From contig NW_003314263.1 of the NCBI RefSeq assembly GCF_000143415.4, positions 2,668,041-2,732,040 on the forward strand: DNA of 64,000 nt, given 5' to 3'. Made by a program: the position numbers and the translations under genes. Below are positions 10,551 to 26,151 of the stretch, one piece after another; the first letter of the stretch is position 1; every line of letters begins with the position of its first letter. The stretch is from Selaginella moellendorffii (Eukaryota > Plantae > Lycopodiophyta). The notes beneath the pieces were generated by a model that made no database searches, was not told the origin of the DNA, and saw only the letters and a list, made by a program, of their open reading frames with translations.

Positions 10551-12397
10551 CTAGAAACTCGAAACAAGCGGTTGATCCTCTTGGGCAATCCCAGCAGGGC
10601 AATTGAGATCCTCGCTCCAAATCTCACTCCCCACACAGTGCCGGCATCTAAACATCCCCGCTGGATCAGCCCTCCGCTTGATCGCTAGCAATCGCGGATA
10701 GCTCGCCCCAAAGAAGGTCCTCTGCCACCGCGGCTCGTTAAAATCCCCCTCGTTCCCATACGCCCCCGATCCTGGAGTAAGATCCACTAGGAATTGATTC
10801 GCGGCACTGACATTCCTGGCCGCGATGCGCTCCTCTTCCAGATCGCCCAGTTCCATCCAGCTGATCCCGAGGATCACATGCCACAGCGCTCTCCTCCAGG
10901 CTGGATTCACAGCGTTGTTCCTCGGGCGGCTCACGGATCCACCCGCGACGAAGATCCCGGTGATGGACACCAGCGGGAATCTGTCCTGGATCGCGATGAA
11001 AGCGTCGGCGGTGGCGTTTGGCGAGGACTGGATCGTGGCTCTTGGGATGAGCCGCGAGGCGAGCAAGAGAGGATTCCAGCGGTGGCGAGCGATTGCGTGG
11101 TGGAGGAGTTGAGCTCGCGGCAATCCGGCGCGCCGCCGCACTGGATCACGAGGTGCCACTGCTGGAACGAGGGGAAATTCTGCAAGCTCGCGTTCAGCTG
11201 GATCGATGATCCACTGGACTGCGCGAATCTCTCCAGCGGCGCGAGCGTGGCGTTGGCAAAGGAGACATTCCTGTTGGGCAGGAGATAGGTCATGCTGAGA
11301 GCCGTGAGATTGCTCATGGCGAACACGCCCGACCACCCGGCCCTCTCCAGCGATGGATGGAGCTCCGTGAATCTCACCAGGAGATCCCGGAACGCTCTCC
11401 TGGACGATGCCACGAAGCTATAGCTCGCATACACGATGTTCGTGAGAGGTGGATAGAGGCGATGGGTGAGAGAGACCACGACTCCAAACGTTCCACCCCC
11501 GCCGCCGCGCAGAGCCCAGTAGAGATCGCGGTTCTGGCAGCGATTCGCGACGATCAATCGCCCATCGGCAGTGACGAGCTTGAGCTCAAGAACATTGTCC
11601 GCGGCTAGACCGTGGAGCGGCGAGAGAGGGCCATGCCCGGCGCCCATGGGATTCCCGCCAGCGCCGCCCACCGAGGAAGATCCACCGCCCACCACGACAT
11701 GGTTTCGATTGAACGCCGCCGCGTAGAGATCCTCCCACTGGATCCCCGCCCCGATGGTCATCGCCGGAGGATCCTCGGCCCGGATGGTGCAGCCCATCGG
11801 CGCGAATTTCTCGTGGTAGACGATCTCTCGCAAGTTGTGCGTCCAGATCATGAGAGCTCCCGGGGCGGTGGATCGCCCCAGGTAGTCGTGGCCGGTGTTC
11901 TTGATCACGATCCGGAGATTCCTGGCCTGGGCGAGCGCGATCGCGGCCTGGATGTGGCGGGACTCCGTGGCATTCACCGCGTAGGTGGCCACAGAGCCCT
12001 GGAAGCAAGTGGAGTTCCTGGGCGAATTGATCAAGCAGGTGAATCGGCCGAGGGCTTCCCAGTTGCTGGCTTGCATCGCGCCAGGCTGATCGGCGCGCCA
12101 GAATGGAAAGCCCCATCGCTGCTGCGCGGTCCTGCAGGCCTGCGCGTTGAAGTTGGGATCGTGGCAGGGGGAGGCTGGGGGCGAGAGCGCGATGAGGCGG
12201 CCATCGATGGATCGATTGAAATCCTGCCAGGATTGGGCGCTGGGCCAGCAGCTGCTATTGAATGCCGTGCATCGGCAGGATTGGTTCGCCTCCAACTCGT
12301 GATAGATCGAGGAGGGTGCTGCCAATTGCAAGGAAATCGCGATGATCGAGAGGAAAACAGCTAGAAATGCTGGCCTGTGGATCGTTAACGACGGCAT
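10551..12397 (-). CDS. Secreted FAD-linked oxidoreductase (FAD_binding_4 + BBE domain), fungal-type architecture; one frameshift at ~11065 (pseudogene or sequence error)
   Basis: Signal peptide; CRC...CWPS...W..FN.SIDGRLI...P.ASPCH; C.QGSV..YAVNA; IKNTGHDYLGRS (covalent-FAD His); DLYWALRGGGGGTFGVV. After the frameshift: LASRLIP...GAYGNEGDFNEPRWQRTFFG..YPRLLAIKRRADP.GMF.C..CVGSE.W. Intronless. Confidence 0.9.
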
Positions 12398-13261
12398 TCT
12401 TCTCGATTACTCGATGGAATGCTCCCAAGAGCTAGACAAAGGGATGGTCTCCCTTTCTATCGGATGGATTGGTGATGAAAAGAAATGGTGATGGGATTGG
12501 ATGAGAACGTTTTATTAATGTCTTGGACGAGTGATTTATATCGTTTCGGTGGCGAGCTTTCTAGCTATATTCTTTGAAATCCCGCGTTTCATGGATCGAC
12601 GGATCCCCCGATTTGGACTAGAGACTTTCCATCTGGCGGGCTGGCTTTCCGGACTTTGTCAAAATTTCACCCCCAACGTGAAAACATATGACTTTAATGC
12701 TCTATTGATCAGTTCAATTTTTTTTTTTTGCTTGATTTCTTACCTTTCAATCAACTTCACTTCTGGCAAAGCACATTGCCTAGTCAAAGCCGCGCCAGAG
12801 TTTCTTTTAAATTTTAAGCGTTTACCATTTCTAAGTTCTTCGAATGACGTCTAACGTGCTGTTTAAACATTTGACTTTATGATGTAAGGATAGATTTATA
12901 AGTGCTTAGCCATCTACCATCTACCTATATGCTGTTTTGATAGTCTTGTGACGCCCAACTGGAAGCATGAGACTAGTGGATGCAAAAATGTAAATTAGAT
13001 TAATCGAGACAATGGCTTCTAGAGTTATGGTTCCCCATAGTGCTTCTCAGCTAGGCGCTATGGACAAAGTCATTCAACACAATGGTCATAGCTATAAAGC
13101 CTATTGCTCACTATGACCAAGCACTACCTTCTTTCTCTTTCTCTTTGTATTTAGTTTCCACCGACACCGAGCCTTTAGTGCAAGATCACGGTAGGAGAAT
13201 CTTCTCTGATTGGAGCTATATATATTGCTACTGTGATGCCAACTCAAAACAGAAGGACTGA

Positions 13262-15280
13262 TCAGCCCACAATTGCATCTGTAAGAAGCAAATAAGGAGC
13301 GGCATTGTCTGGATCAAGCGAAGCCGCCCTCTCAGCCGCAGAAGAACCAAACTTTTGCCGGTGATCGACGCCTGTTCTCCAAGTGTTTAAGAAGCTCGTC
13401 CAAGCCACGGCACCAGGGGTGTAAGGCATGCTTGCGATGAGCTCCTCGGCCTCCCCAATCCTCCCAGCACGCCCCAAAACATCCACCAGGCACTCGTAGT
13501 GATCCACCACCGCCGCCAGCCCACGATCAAAGCCCATGGATCTCAAGTAGCTCTTGCTCTTCTCAACCAGCCCGGCATGGCTACACGCAGCTAGAACACT
13601 GATGAAAGTTATCTCGCTCGTGTCAACGCCCTCCACGTCCATGGTCTTGAGAAGCTCCAGAGCCTCCATGTTTCGGCCGTTTTGCGCGTAAACCGCGATC
13701 ATCCCATTCCAGGAGATGGTGTTTCTGTGCGGGATTGTGTCAAAGACGTGCCTGGCTCGCCCGAGGTGGCCACACCGCCCATACATGTTGACCAGGGCGC
13801 TGACCACGACCACGTTTGACTGCTGGCCGGAGTCAACGGCCCTCGCGTGGACGTGCTGACCAGCGGCGGCGCTCCCCAGCGTCCCGCATGCCTCCAGAAC
13901 GATAGGAAACGTTGTTGACTCAAGGTCAATGACCCGTTGACACATGGTCAAGAAGAGCTGAATGGCGTCCTTGCATTGACCGTTCTGGGCATATGCCTGG
14001 ATCATAGCGTTCCATGAGACAACGTCGTGAAAAGGCATTTTGTCGAAGAATATTTTAGCTTGTTCGAGATGACCGCGCTCGCCATACATTGTGATCATCG
14101 TGTTCCATGAGATGGAGTTGGGCTCTGGTATGACGGTGAAAATTTCGTAGGATTCTTCAAGATGGCCTCTTTGGGCATAAGCTTGCAACAAAGCGTTCCA
14201 AGAAACAGTGTTTCTCTGCGGCATTCTGCTGAACATCTCCTTAGCTTTTTCAGGGAGCCCGCTTTCGCCGTAAGCGGTGATCATGGCATTGAAGGATACA
14301 ATGTTTCTTTGGGGCATTTTTTCGAACAGCTCTTGTGCCGTCTCGAGGTCCCCGTTTTGGGCGTGTGCAGCAACAATGCAGGTCCACGAGAAGACATCAC
14401 CATCTGGAGATTCTTCAAACGTTTTCATGGCCTTTTCCGTATCCCCGTTTTGAAAGTAGGCTGTGATCATCACATTCCAGGAAGTGACATCGTTTTCTGG
14501 CATTTGATCAAAGAGCTCTTTAGCTTCACTGACATAGCCGTGCTGAGAATATGCCGTCATCAGCATGTTCCAGGAGAAGGAATCTCTCTCGGGCATGACA
14601 TCAAACGCCTGCTTAGACTTTTCAAGATGCCCAGTCACGGCATATACTCTTACAATGCTTGTCCACGTCACAATGTCGTGCTGCGGCATCTCGTGGAACA
14701 AAAGCAGAACCTCCTCGACATTCCCTGCTTGGACGTTTGCCTGAAGCATGAGATTCCACGACAAGACGTTTTTCTCTGGCATATTGTCAAAGAGTTGTTT
14801 AGATTCCTCAAGATGCCCACTAAGTGCATATGCAGCTAATAAAGAATTCCAGGATACTGAGTTCCACTCTGGCATTCTCTCGAATATAATCTTCGCCTCG
14901 TCCAATTGATCGTTTTGGCAGAATGCCGTCAATATTGCGGTCCACGACACAATGTCCCAGACCGGCATGCTCAAAAACACACGCTTAGCATCGGAAATAT
15001 GCCCATTATGGGCATACGCCGTAAGAAGGATGTTCCAGGAGAAAAGATTCGGCCCGTGCATGCTCTCAAACGCCTGACTAGCATCCTTGGTGCTACCACA
15101 TTTTCCATACATTTCGATTATCAGATTCCCGAGGTATCTATTCCGGCAGTACTTGCCACACAAAACTCGAGCATGGATCTTCTTGGCTTCGGAAAGGTTC
15201 CTTGAGATTCCCTGTGATTTGAGCAGCGACGCTAGGCTTTGGATCTCTGCAAGACTAGAATTCTCCCGGGAAAGTTGCAT
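13262..15280 (-). CDS. PLS-class pentatricopeptide repeat protein with a long run of short (S/SS) repeats and a terminal E-type extension; no DYW
   Basis: Tandem ~31-aa repeats (..VSWNA.I.AYAQ.G...EA..LF..MP), then HYECLVDVLGRAGRIGEAEELIASMPYTPGAVAWTSFL...AAERAASLDPDNAAPYLLL. Intronless, 672 aa. Confidence 0.95.
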   Translation of the reverse strand: MQLSRENSSLAEIQSLASLLKSQGISRNLSEAKKIHARVLCGKYCRNRYLGNLIIEMYGKCGSTKDASQAFESMHGPNLFSWNILLTAYAHNGHISDAKRVFLSMPVWDIVSWTAILTAFCQNDQLDEAKIIFERMPEWNSVSWNSLLAAYALSGHLEESKQLFDNMPEKNVLSWNLMLQANVQAGNVEEVLLLFHEMPQHDIVTWTSIVRVYAVTGHLEKSKQAFDVMPERDSFSWNMLMTAYSQHGYVSEAKELFDQMPENDVTSWNVMITAYFQNGDTEKAMKTFEESPDGDVFSWTCIVAAHAQNGDLETAQELFEKMPQRNIVSFNAMITAYGESGLPEKAKEMFSRMPQRNTVSWNALLQAYAQRGHLEESYEIFTVIPEPNSISWNTMITMYGERGHLEQAKIFFDKMPFHDVVSWNAMIQAYAQNGQCKDAIQLFLTMCQRVIDLESTTFPIVLEACGTLGSAAAGQHVHARAVDSGQQSNVVVVSALVNMYGRCGHLGRARHVFDTIPHRNTISWNGMIAVYAQNGRNMEALELLKTMDVEGVDTSEITFISVLAACSHAGLVEKSKSYLRSMGFDRGLAAVVDHYECLVDVLGRAGRIGEAEELIASMPYTPGAVAWTSFLNTWRTGVDHRQKFGSSAAERAASLDPDNAAPYLLLTDAIVG

Positions 15281-15325
15281 ATAACAAAAAACCGGGAAAT
15301 TTTAAAGAATGAAAATCCAAAAGGA

Positions 15326-15807
15326 TTAACAACTAAAGGAGGTGTACGATGTGTACAAATGCCCTGACGCATATCCCCCGCCATCGGTGTCAATCGTGTT
15401 GAAAGCATCCGTCTCTAAATCCAAGCCTCCATTGCTGCTCTGATCCAAAACTCTCACCACGACGTGAGCTCCAGTGGCAGTATTCGTCACCTTCAAACGA
15501 AAAAAAAATGAGATTGAGGAGATCCAAAGTTCTGATACTATAACTTTACTACCTCTAGACATTGTCCACACATTTGGGGACCCATTCCCAGTGAAGCATC
15601 CATCGCAGTCCATTTGTACTGAGATCTCCAAGAGAGTGGCTGATGCGCGCTATAAGTTGCGCAGTAGAGGCCATCTAGCTGATAATTTTTGGCTGCTGGA
15701 TCATACTGGTTGTACGTTGTGTAGACTTGAGCCTGCCCTCTCGGGGCCAGGAGAAACAATGAGAGAAAAAGGATTGCTTCAAGGAAATGTGAGGAGAGTG
15801 CTGCCAT
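15326..15807 (-). CDS. PR4: Pathogenesis-related protein 4 (class II barwin domain), 2 exons (15807-15553, 15490-15326)
   Basis: Signal peptide, then YCATY...PLSWRSQYKWTA...CGQCLE|VTNTATGA..VVRVLDQSSNGGLDLE..AFNTIDTDG.GY..GHL...Y....C. 62-bp GT-AG intron at 15491-15552. Confidence 0.93.
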
Positions 15808-16075
15808 GGAGAAGATTTGGAAATTTGCTTCTTCTGTTTGCACGGATGTTGTCTCGGTTTATATTGGAGATCACATTTGTAAGCTAGCGAAATAAAAAAA
15901 GCTCGATCTCGAGGGTTTTGTAACTTATGTTGTATTTGCTGGAACTATTGCTTATATTAATGCCCCCAACGTATTAAAGAAATAAAGTTATCCCAAGCTC
16001 TTCTTTGTCTACAAGGCACCGTTTGAAGAATATAATGCTTATGCTTTTCTAACACCACCTTTCTTTACCAATTGA

Positions 16076-17191
16076 CTAGCGGTCGCTAAAAGGATATAAG
16101 CTCGAGTAGCTCTGATTTACGTGATGCTGATGAGCCACTGGAGCGAAGCCCTTCCCCGGCGCTATCACTGGATTCACTACTGCCGCTGGCGCTGGGCTCC
16201 CCACAGCTTGGCGAGCATGGACTAGAGGCGAGTCCCGGAATCTGGAAGGAGACATGGCTGCCCGAGCACTGCGAGGAGAGTCGTCGAGAAGAGCCGAGTT
16301 CCGGGTCGGGCTCCTGGATCCCGACCGTGGCTGCTGCTCGGAGAAATGCTGCTGCCTTGCAATGCTGATAGCACTTCCTTCCGGAGGCGAGCGAAACACT
16401 GCAGTCACGGAGGCTTGATCCGGCACGAACGGGGTCGAGGAGAGTGGGATGCAAGCCGGCGGTAGTCTCTGCGGGGACATGGAGCGAGCGACGGGAGTGA
16501 AGTGGAACTCGTGGTTGCCGAAAAGAATGGCGGCCTCGTCGTCTACGTCCAGAGACTCCGGAAGTTTGCTCGCGTCCACCCCCTGGAAAGCTGCGGCAAC
16601 GTCCATCCCTGGTCCTAGATTATCCCTGGCGGCTCTCATCGCTGGCACGAGTGGAACTCCGATCCCGTTGAGAGCATCGATGAACTGCTGATCCGAGCTT
16701 CTTCCAGTCGCCGAGTGGTGGTCACCAAAGTTATCTCCACTGCTTTGCTGCTGGAAGAGAAACACTCGCAGCCGAGCAGCTGGATCTCTTTGCATCAACC
16801 TGTCGTACTCTTCCATCATGTTGTCCAGGTCTTCGTCGGACTTTACCGAAACCAGCGCGTCTAGATCCTCACCTGGGAGCTGGTACTTGAGCAGCATGGA
16901 TTTCCCGGTCAGCTTTCGCAACTTTTGGAGGAGCTCGCGCAGAGTGATGGCTCTGTCCACGACGACTATCCGGGTCTCTCCACCCATGTATCTCAGCTGG
17001 CTGTCATTGGGCCGAGGAAGGATCTTTCCACCATAGCTACACATGAGCTTGACTCGGATGTTGCTTATCTCGTCGGACTTTGTGGAGGAATCTGACCTGG
17101 GAGACGAAGCAGCGACTCCAGGAGAAGGAGAAAGCTGCCATAGCTGCGAGCCTTGTCCGGAATCGCCCTCGAGCTTCTCCGAGTGACCCAT
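16076..17191 (-). CDS. Plant PB1 (octicosapeptide/Phox/Bem1p) domain protein
   Basis: VKLMCSYGGKILPRPNDSQLRYMGGETRIV...LKYQLPGEDLDALVSVKSDEDLDNMMEEYDRL...RLRVFLF, followed by a Ser/Pro-rich tail. Confidence 0.93.
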   Translation of the reverse strand: MGHSEKLEGDSGQGSQLWQLSPSPGVAASSPRSDSSTKSDEISNIRVKLMCSYGGKILPRPNDSQLRYMGGETRIVVVDRAITLRELLQKLRKLTGKSMLLKYQLPGEDLDALVSVKSDEDLDNMMEEYDRLMQRDPAARLRVFLFQQQSSGDNFGDHHSATGRSSDQQFIDALNGIGVPLVPAMRAARDNLGPGMDVAAAFQGVDASKLPESLDVDDEAAILFGNHEFHFTPVARSMSPQRLPPACIPLSSTPFVPDQASVTAVFRSPPEGSAISIARQQHFSEQQPRSGSRSPTRNSALLDDSPRSARAAMSPSRFRDSPLVHARQAVGSPAPAAVVNPVIAPGKGFAPVAHQHHVNQSYSSLYPFSDR

Positions 17192-17615
17192 CTAAGTCTA
17201 GAAAACTTGACCTTGCTCAATCCTCCTTTCTTCCGTCGTTCCATTCCTGCACACACAGAACCATAGCTCTTGTCAGCTCCCTCATGATCGAAGAGAAAGG
17301 AATAAAAAAGGAAGAAGAAAACACTCCAAAAGAGAATGCACCCCACCAAAAAAATTGACAAAGGAAGACAAAGCATCAGCATCCTACATTGTTTGCATCC
17401 CGACACTTTCTGAGAGAGCAATCTAAAATAAGAAGACTCACCCATTTGTTCGTGTCCATTGAAACCTTACCAAGAGGGCCTCTTCTTATTACCATGCTCT
17501 TCAACCTACCTAGGAAAAAAAACTGGTTTTTTACAACTCAGGATATAAAACACTGGATGGTACATCCGCAAGAAACTCATCAGCCCAAAGGAACCAAAAG
17601 TAAACAAAACTTACT

Positions 17616-21341
<3,726 letters not shown>

Positions 21342-22046
21342 GGCACCGCGGCCGTGCCTATCACGGCATTTGTAACCCCAGGAGCTCGAAATTTCCAGAA
21401 AATCTGCCCTGTTCTACACGATTGATCGAGAAAGCCCTGAGTGAAATCCCCGGAGAGCTGCTTACCGCCAGAGATTGGACGGCAATGTAGCGCCGCGCAT
21501 CCACGAAATCCAAGCGCTCTCTCTCTCTCTCTCACGCTCGAGAGCTCGTGTCACATCCAATTCAATTCAATGGCTGACGTGGAATAAGAACTAGCTCTGT
21601 AAATCCACGTGGCATAAGAACCAGCCGCTGGATCCTCGCTCGATTGACTCAAGCGTTATTTACAGCAATTCTGTTATTCCACTAATTGTTTTTAATACGT
21701 GGGACTTTGACCTGCTGTGGCCAGCTTGTAAACGTGTAGTTAAAAACTCTAGTTAACTATCTTAAAGTTAAAAAATCTAATTAACTATCTTAAAGTTTAC
21801 ATTGCATTTTCTGACTTACGACAGAAAGGGATTAAGCCCCTGTAGAAAGGTGGAGCTTATGCTTCCATGAAACACAAAAGCCAAAGATCCACTGATGATA
21901 ATTTGGTCTATTTTGCCACATCAATCATCTAATCCAAGATTTAGTGTTGATATGATCAACCCTTTGAAAAGAAAAAGGTGGCCTTTTTTTCTTGATCAAT
22001 CCTAAGATAAATTTGCTTAGTATGATCATGTTAAAATAAAATGTAA

Positions 22047-22131
22047 GGGATGGTGGCGCAGTTGGTCAGCGCGTAGGTCTCATAGCTGCTGAGAAATCCT
22101 GAGGTCGAGAGTTCGAGCCTCTCTCATCCCA
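22047..22131 (+). tRNA. tRNA-Met(CAT), elongator type, with an 11-nt intron (22085-22095)
   Basis: GGGATGGTGGCGCAGTTGGTCAGCGCGTAGGTCTCATA[GCTGCTGAGAA]ATCCTGAGGTCGAGAGTTCGAGCCTCTCTCATCCCA matches plant tRNA-eMet. The acceptor stem pairs, and a TTTT run follows immediately. Confidence 0.95.
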
Positions 22132-22325
22132 TTGTTTTCAAATTTGGTCTGAAAAGAAACTAACGACCAAAAAAATATCTTATTTGCAAATGGAACTCAA
22201 ATAATTTGCGAATTCGTAGATTTTTCTTTTTGACTTTCTTTAGAGAAAATGCAGTTTTATTTTTGGCTTGCCACTTTTTCATTCATTACTATTATTTATA
22301 TAGCAAAGAATTTTACATTTTTGCG

Positions 22326-25300
22326 CTACTTGGGAAGCACATTGGACTGGAAGATCCCGCTATAAGCAAACTCTGGATCGTTGCCACGCGAGAGAACGTC
22401 TGTATCGTCATACAAACTTCCATCTCTGGTTCCGCTAAACTCAAACCCATTGCCGCTAGCGTCGTTGCCGTCAATGAGGAGCAAGAGCTCGAGCTGCTTC
22501 ACGACTTGGCCCATGCTTGGCCTGTTGGCCCCCGCCTCTTCGACGCACTGGAGTGCCAAGTCCACAAACTTGATGAGATCGCTCTGTGGAACGTTCTCCA
22601 GGTTGGGATCCAGTAAAGCTCCGAGAGCCGTCAAGCCACCCCTGTCCAGAGCTGTTTTCACCTCTCTCACGATGTATTTCCCGCGAGAGATCGGCTGCCG
22701 CGCTGTTAGAAGCTCCAAGAGCACCACACCGAAGCTGTAGACGTCGCTCTTCTCGGTGAGCTGCTGCGTCATGTAATACTCTGGATCGATGTATCCCTGT
22801 GTGGAAGAGAGCAATCAAAACAAAACAAAGACAAGAAAAAAGAAGTTTTTGCTTACCAGTGTTCCTTTGACTTGTGTTATAGAGGCGTGAGCCCTGTCCT
22901 CCTTTCCCAGCCCGAAGTCAGCAACCTTGGCTTTCAGATTCTCGTCGAGTAAGATGTTGCCTGACTTGATGTCTCTGTGGATGATAGAAGGACTGGCAAG
23001 TTCGTGGAGGTAAGCCAGACCTTTGGCTGAATCAAGAGCAATCTCAACGCGTTTGTTCCAGCTGAGGTGCCTTGAATTTGCTGCAAACAAGATAAGAAAC
23101 CATCAAAACACATTCGAAAAAGTAAAAAAAACAGTTATGCTCGCTACCAAGATGATCTCTCAAGCTGCCGCTCGCCATGTATTCATAAACGAGCATCTGT
23201 GATCCTTGCTCGTAGGAAAATCCAATGAGCCCAACGAGGTTTCTGTGGTGCACGCGCGATAGAAGTTCGATCTCAGTCTTAAACTCGCCGCTGCCTTGCA
23301 TGGATCCTTCCTCAGCTTTCTTGATTGCTACTTCTTCTCCTGTTACTAAAACACCTTTGTACACCTGGAAGAAGCAGGTTAAAATAAGTACAAGGTTTCA
23401 AAAACAGTCACCTTTCCATAGCCTCCAGAGCCAATCTCATTTGCACTGCTGAAATTATTCGTCGCCTTATTAAGTTCGTGGAGTGAGAAATATCGAGCAC
23501 CTTTGAGCTTTGGTGCGCTTCCGCTTTTTCCCATTGATCCCCAAGAAGCTGTAAGTCATATTTGTTACTCGGATCCCCTAAGAGCGGCAAAAACTTACTG
23601 AATGGTTTGGATAGTGCTTTGTCTGCTCTTTTCTTCTGGAACATAGCATAAGTGACAGCCGCAACTACAGCCAGGACTACCGCAACTGCTCCAACTGAGA
23701 TCCCAGCAACTGCACCTTTGCTAAGACTTGATTTTTTTGCAGCAATATTACCTGATAATGAACAAGACATCAGGACAGAAAACACTCGAGACTTGAAAAT
23801 TACCTCCAAGTGCAAAAGCCGAGATGACAGAATAAGGCCCGAATTCCGCTGGAAAACTAGCATTTGTATGGAGAGCAATTCGCGTAAGTATCTTCTCAGA
23901 CTCCCTGTACTCCATCTTGTCCTTTCCTTTCTCAGGAAACACATAAACTATAACTTGAAGTCGATAGCTTGACATCCATGCAGCACCTCCTACCGTCACC
24001 CGTTCCGGAGCTACGAGAGTTTGATAAGAGACGTTTGCTTTGACAGTATTCATTCTGTCCTGGCTGATGTCCGAGAAGGATGGAGCATTGAACTGGAAGA
24101 TGATAGTGACAGGGAAAGCACACGAACACAGTTCCAGATTCCGGAGCTTGCCGTCGGTACAAGTGATTGAACAGGTTTGATTGGTAGAGTTCCAAGTTGG
24201 TGAGATTATTGGCGCGCAGACAGCTTGGGACAGATGAAAGCTATTGTCGCTACAAACTGGATTTCCCACCAGGCTGCATGAAACATGCTTAGGATGAAGA
24301 AAGAAAAGATTTAAACACATACGAGAGATTGAAGCTGTCAACAATGCCTATAGCTTGAGTGATCATGTTGCCGTTCAAGTTTACAGACTTTAGTCGCTTT
24401 ACAGTACTCGGAAAAGTGACTGTTCCTGATAGCTGATTATTAGAAAGAGAGCTGACATAAAAGAAAAAATCTTAGACTTGATAATAAAATAGATTTCCTT
24501 ACACAGATTCTAGTGCCGGAAGCGCAAAGAGGCCATCTGGAATCGTCCCATTCAGAAACCCCTTGTCAATTTTCCTTTACGAACAACAACCAGTTATTAT
24601 AAAATAAAGGAAGTTGGCACTCACAATGTTTGCAAGTTTGTGAGATTTGAAATGCCCGGCGGAAACGGTTGAGGGCCATAAACGTTTTCACCCACATTTC
24701 TGAAAATTCCAACTGCATGAGTACAAAAAGGAGAAGGTTTTGCTTACAAAAGCAGTATGCCCTTCAGAGCAGAAAAATCTGGCAGAGTACCCACTAGACT
24801 GTTGTTGGCAAGGTGCCTGTAACAGTCATTCGTATCAATGAGCATCAAATTCAACACATTAACTTACAGTTCCAAAAGCTTTGGTATCTGATTGATAGTA
24901 GCGGGAATGGTACCTTGAACACGATTATTGTCAACCCTCCTGATAATAAAAATTATTGTCAGCTTTAAGCACCACCAAATAGCAAAACTTACAAAATCTC
25001 TAAAGCCGCAAAGTTTCCGTACTCCACTGGAATTTCTCCAGTGAGAGCGTTGTTTTCAACCATCCTACATCCAAAAGGTAAGTTCTGAAAGAAATTGGAA
25101 AAAGAAGGTAAGTACTAACAAGTGTCTAAGGGACTTTAGCGTCGCAAGTTCCTTAGGTAGATTTCCTGATAGTGAGTTGTTGAAGAGATGGCTATGTCGC
25201 AACAAAACGATATGAGGAAAGGACCATCAAATCAAAGCTACTTACATGTGAACAACGCTGGTGAGGTTGTCGAGGCCAATATTTTGAGGAACTGACGTAG

Positions 25301-26151
25301 AAACTGGCAGCGGACCAGTAAGACCATTTTGTGCGATGTCAAACCAAGTAACATTCGGGAAGCCACCAAGCTCCGGAGGAATACTTCCTGTCAATTTGTT
25401 CATGTTTAACGCACTGATAGACAACCTTTGTCAGCACCGAAAGCAGCAATTCTCTTGCTGAAGCTTACAAGAACTTCAAGTTTTTGAGAAGCCCAAGCTC
25501 TTTTGGCACTGATCCATAAAAGTTGCATCCTTGCAAACTCCTGCCAGGAATAGGTTGGTTTTAAAACGGGAGATGGAAAAAGACGGGTACTCACAAGTAT
25601 TGCAAGTTTGTCAGCCGGCCGAGCTCTTTTGGAATCTCTCCTGTCAATTGTGGGTTGAAGGAAAGGTCCCTACAGTCCTTAGACAGATTAATAAGATCAC
25701 GAACAACGAGAGACTGTTTCTTACAGGGCCACTAAATCGGTGAGATCTCCAATAGCGGATGACAGTGTGCCAGTTATGTCTCCTCGGTTGGAAATCCTGT
25801 CAGAAACCCAGTAAGTATGAGCCGATCTGAGAGGAAACAGCTTACAATCGTATAACCGAGTTTGTGCTGTTGTTACACACAACTCCCCGCCAGGAAGAGC
25901 CACAGGGATCATAATCCGTCCAGTTGAGCTGGGTTGATTGCCAGTTCTTGAAAAGGAGCTGCAAAGCAGCAACTGGAAGAAGAAAGAACAGAAGAGAAAA
26001 AAAAAACGAAGATGAGTCTCCAAAGAAAGAAAGAAGAAGAAAAAAAAATCCACTGAAGCTGACCATCTCGAGTATTAGTAGCTCCCAGTACGTGGAGAAG
26101 AAATCGCCCAAAAATCCACAATGCTAGTCCCAGCCTCCTCCTCCACTCCAT
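22326..26151 (-). CDS. LRR receptor-like kinase, LRR-VIII-1, copy 2; multi-exon
   Basis: [15 protein letters not shown] signal; [16 protein letters not shown]; LRR exons; LVGNPVC...CSITC..........CSC; [19 protein letters not shown]; kinase [24 protein letters not shown]; ends VLPK. Confidence 0.93.

Noticed and set aside
10794-12364. Long antisense and alternative-frame ORFs over the oxidase (similar ones overlie the SET, PPR, TBL and LAS1 genes)
   Set aside because: Shadow ORFs expected from GC-rich codon usage; none has a recognisable domain.
21738-21798. Short direct duplication (TTAACTATCTTAAAGTT twice); a similar pair (CAACTTATGCTCAAGATA) at ~1574-1621
   Set aside because: Two-copy local slippage duplications with no evidence of function.
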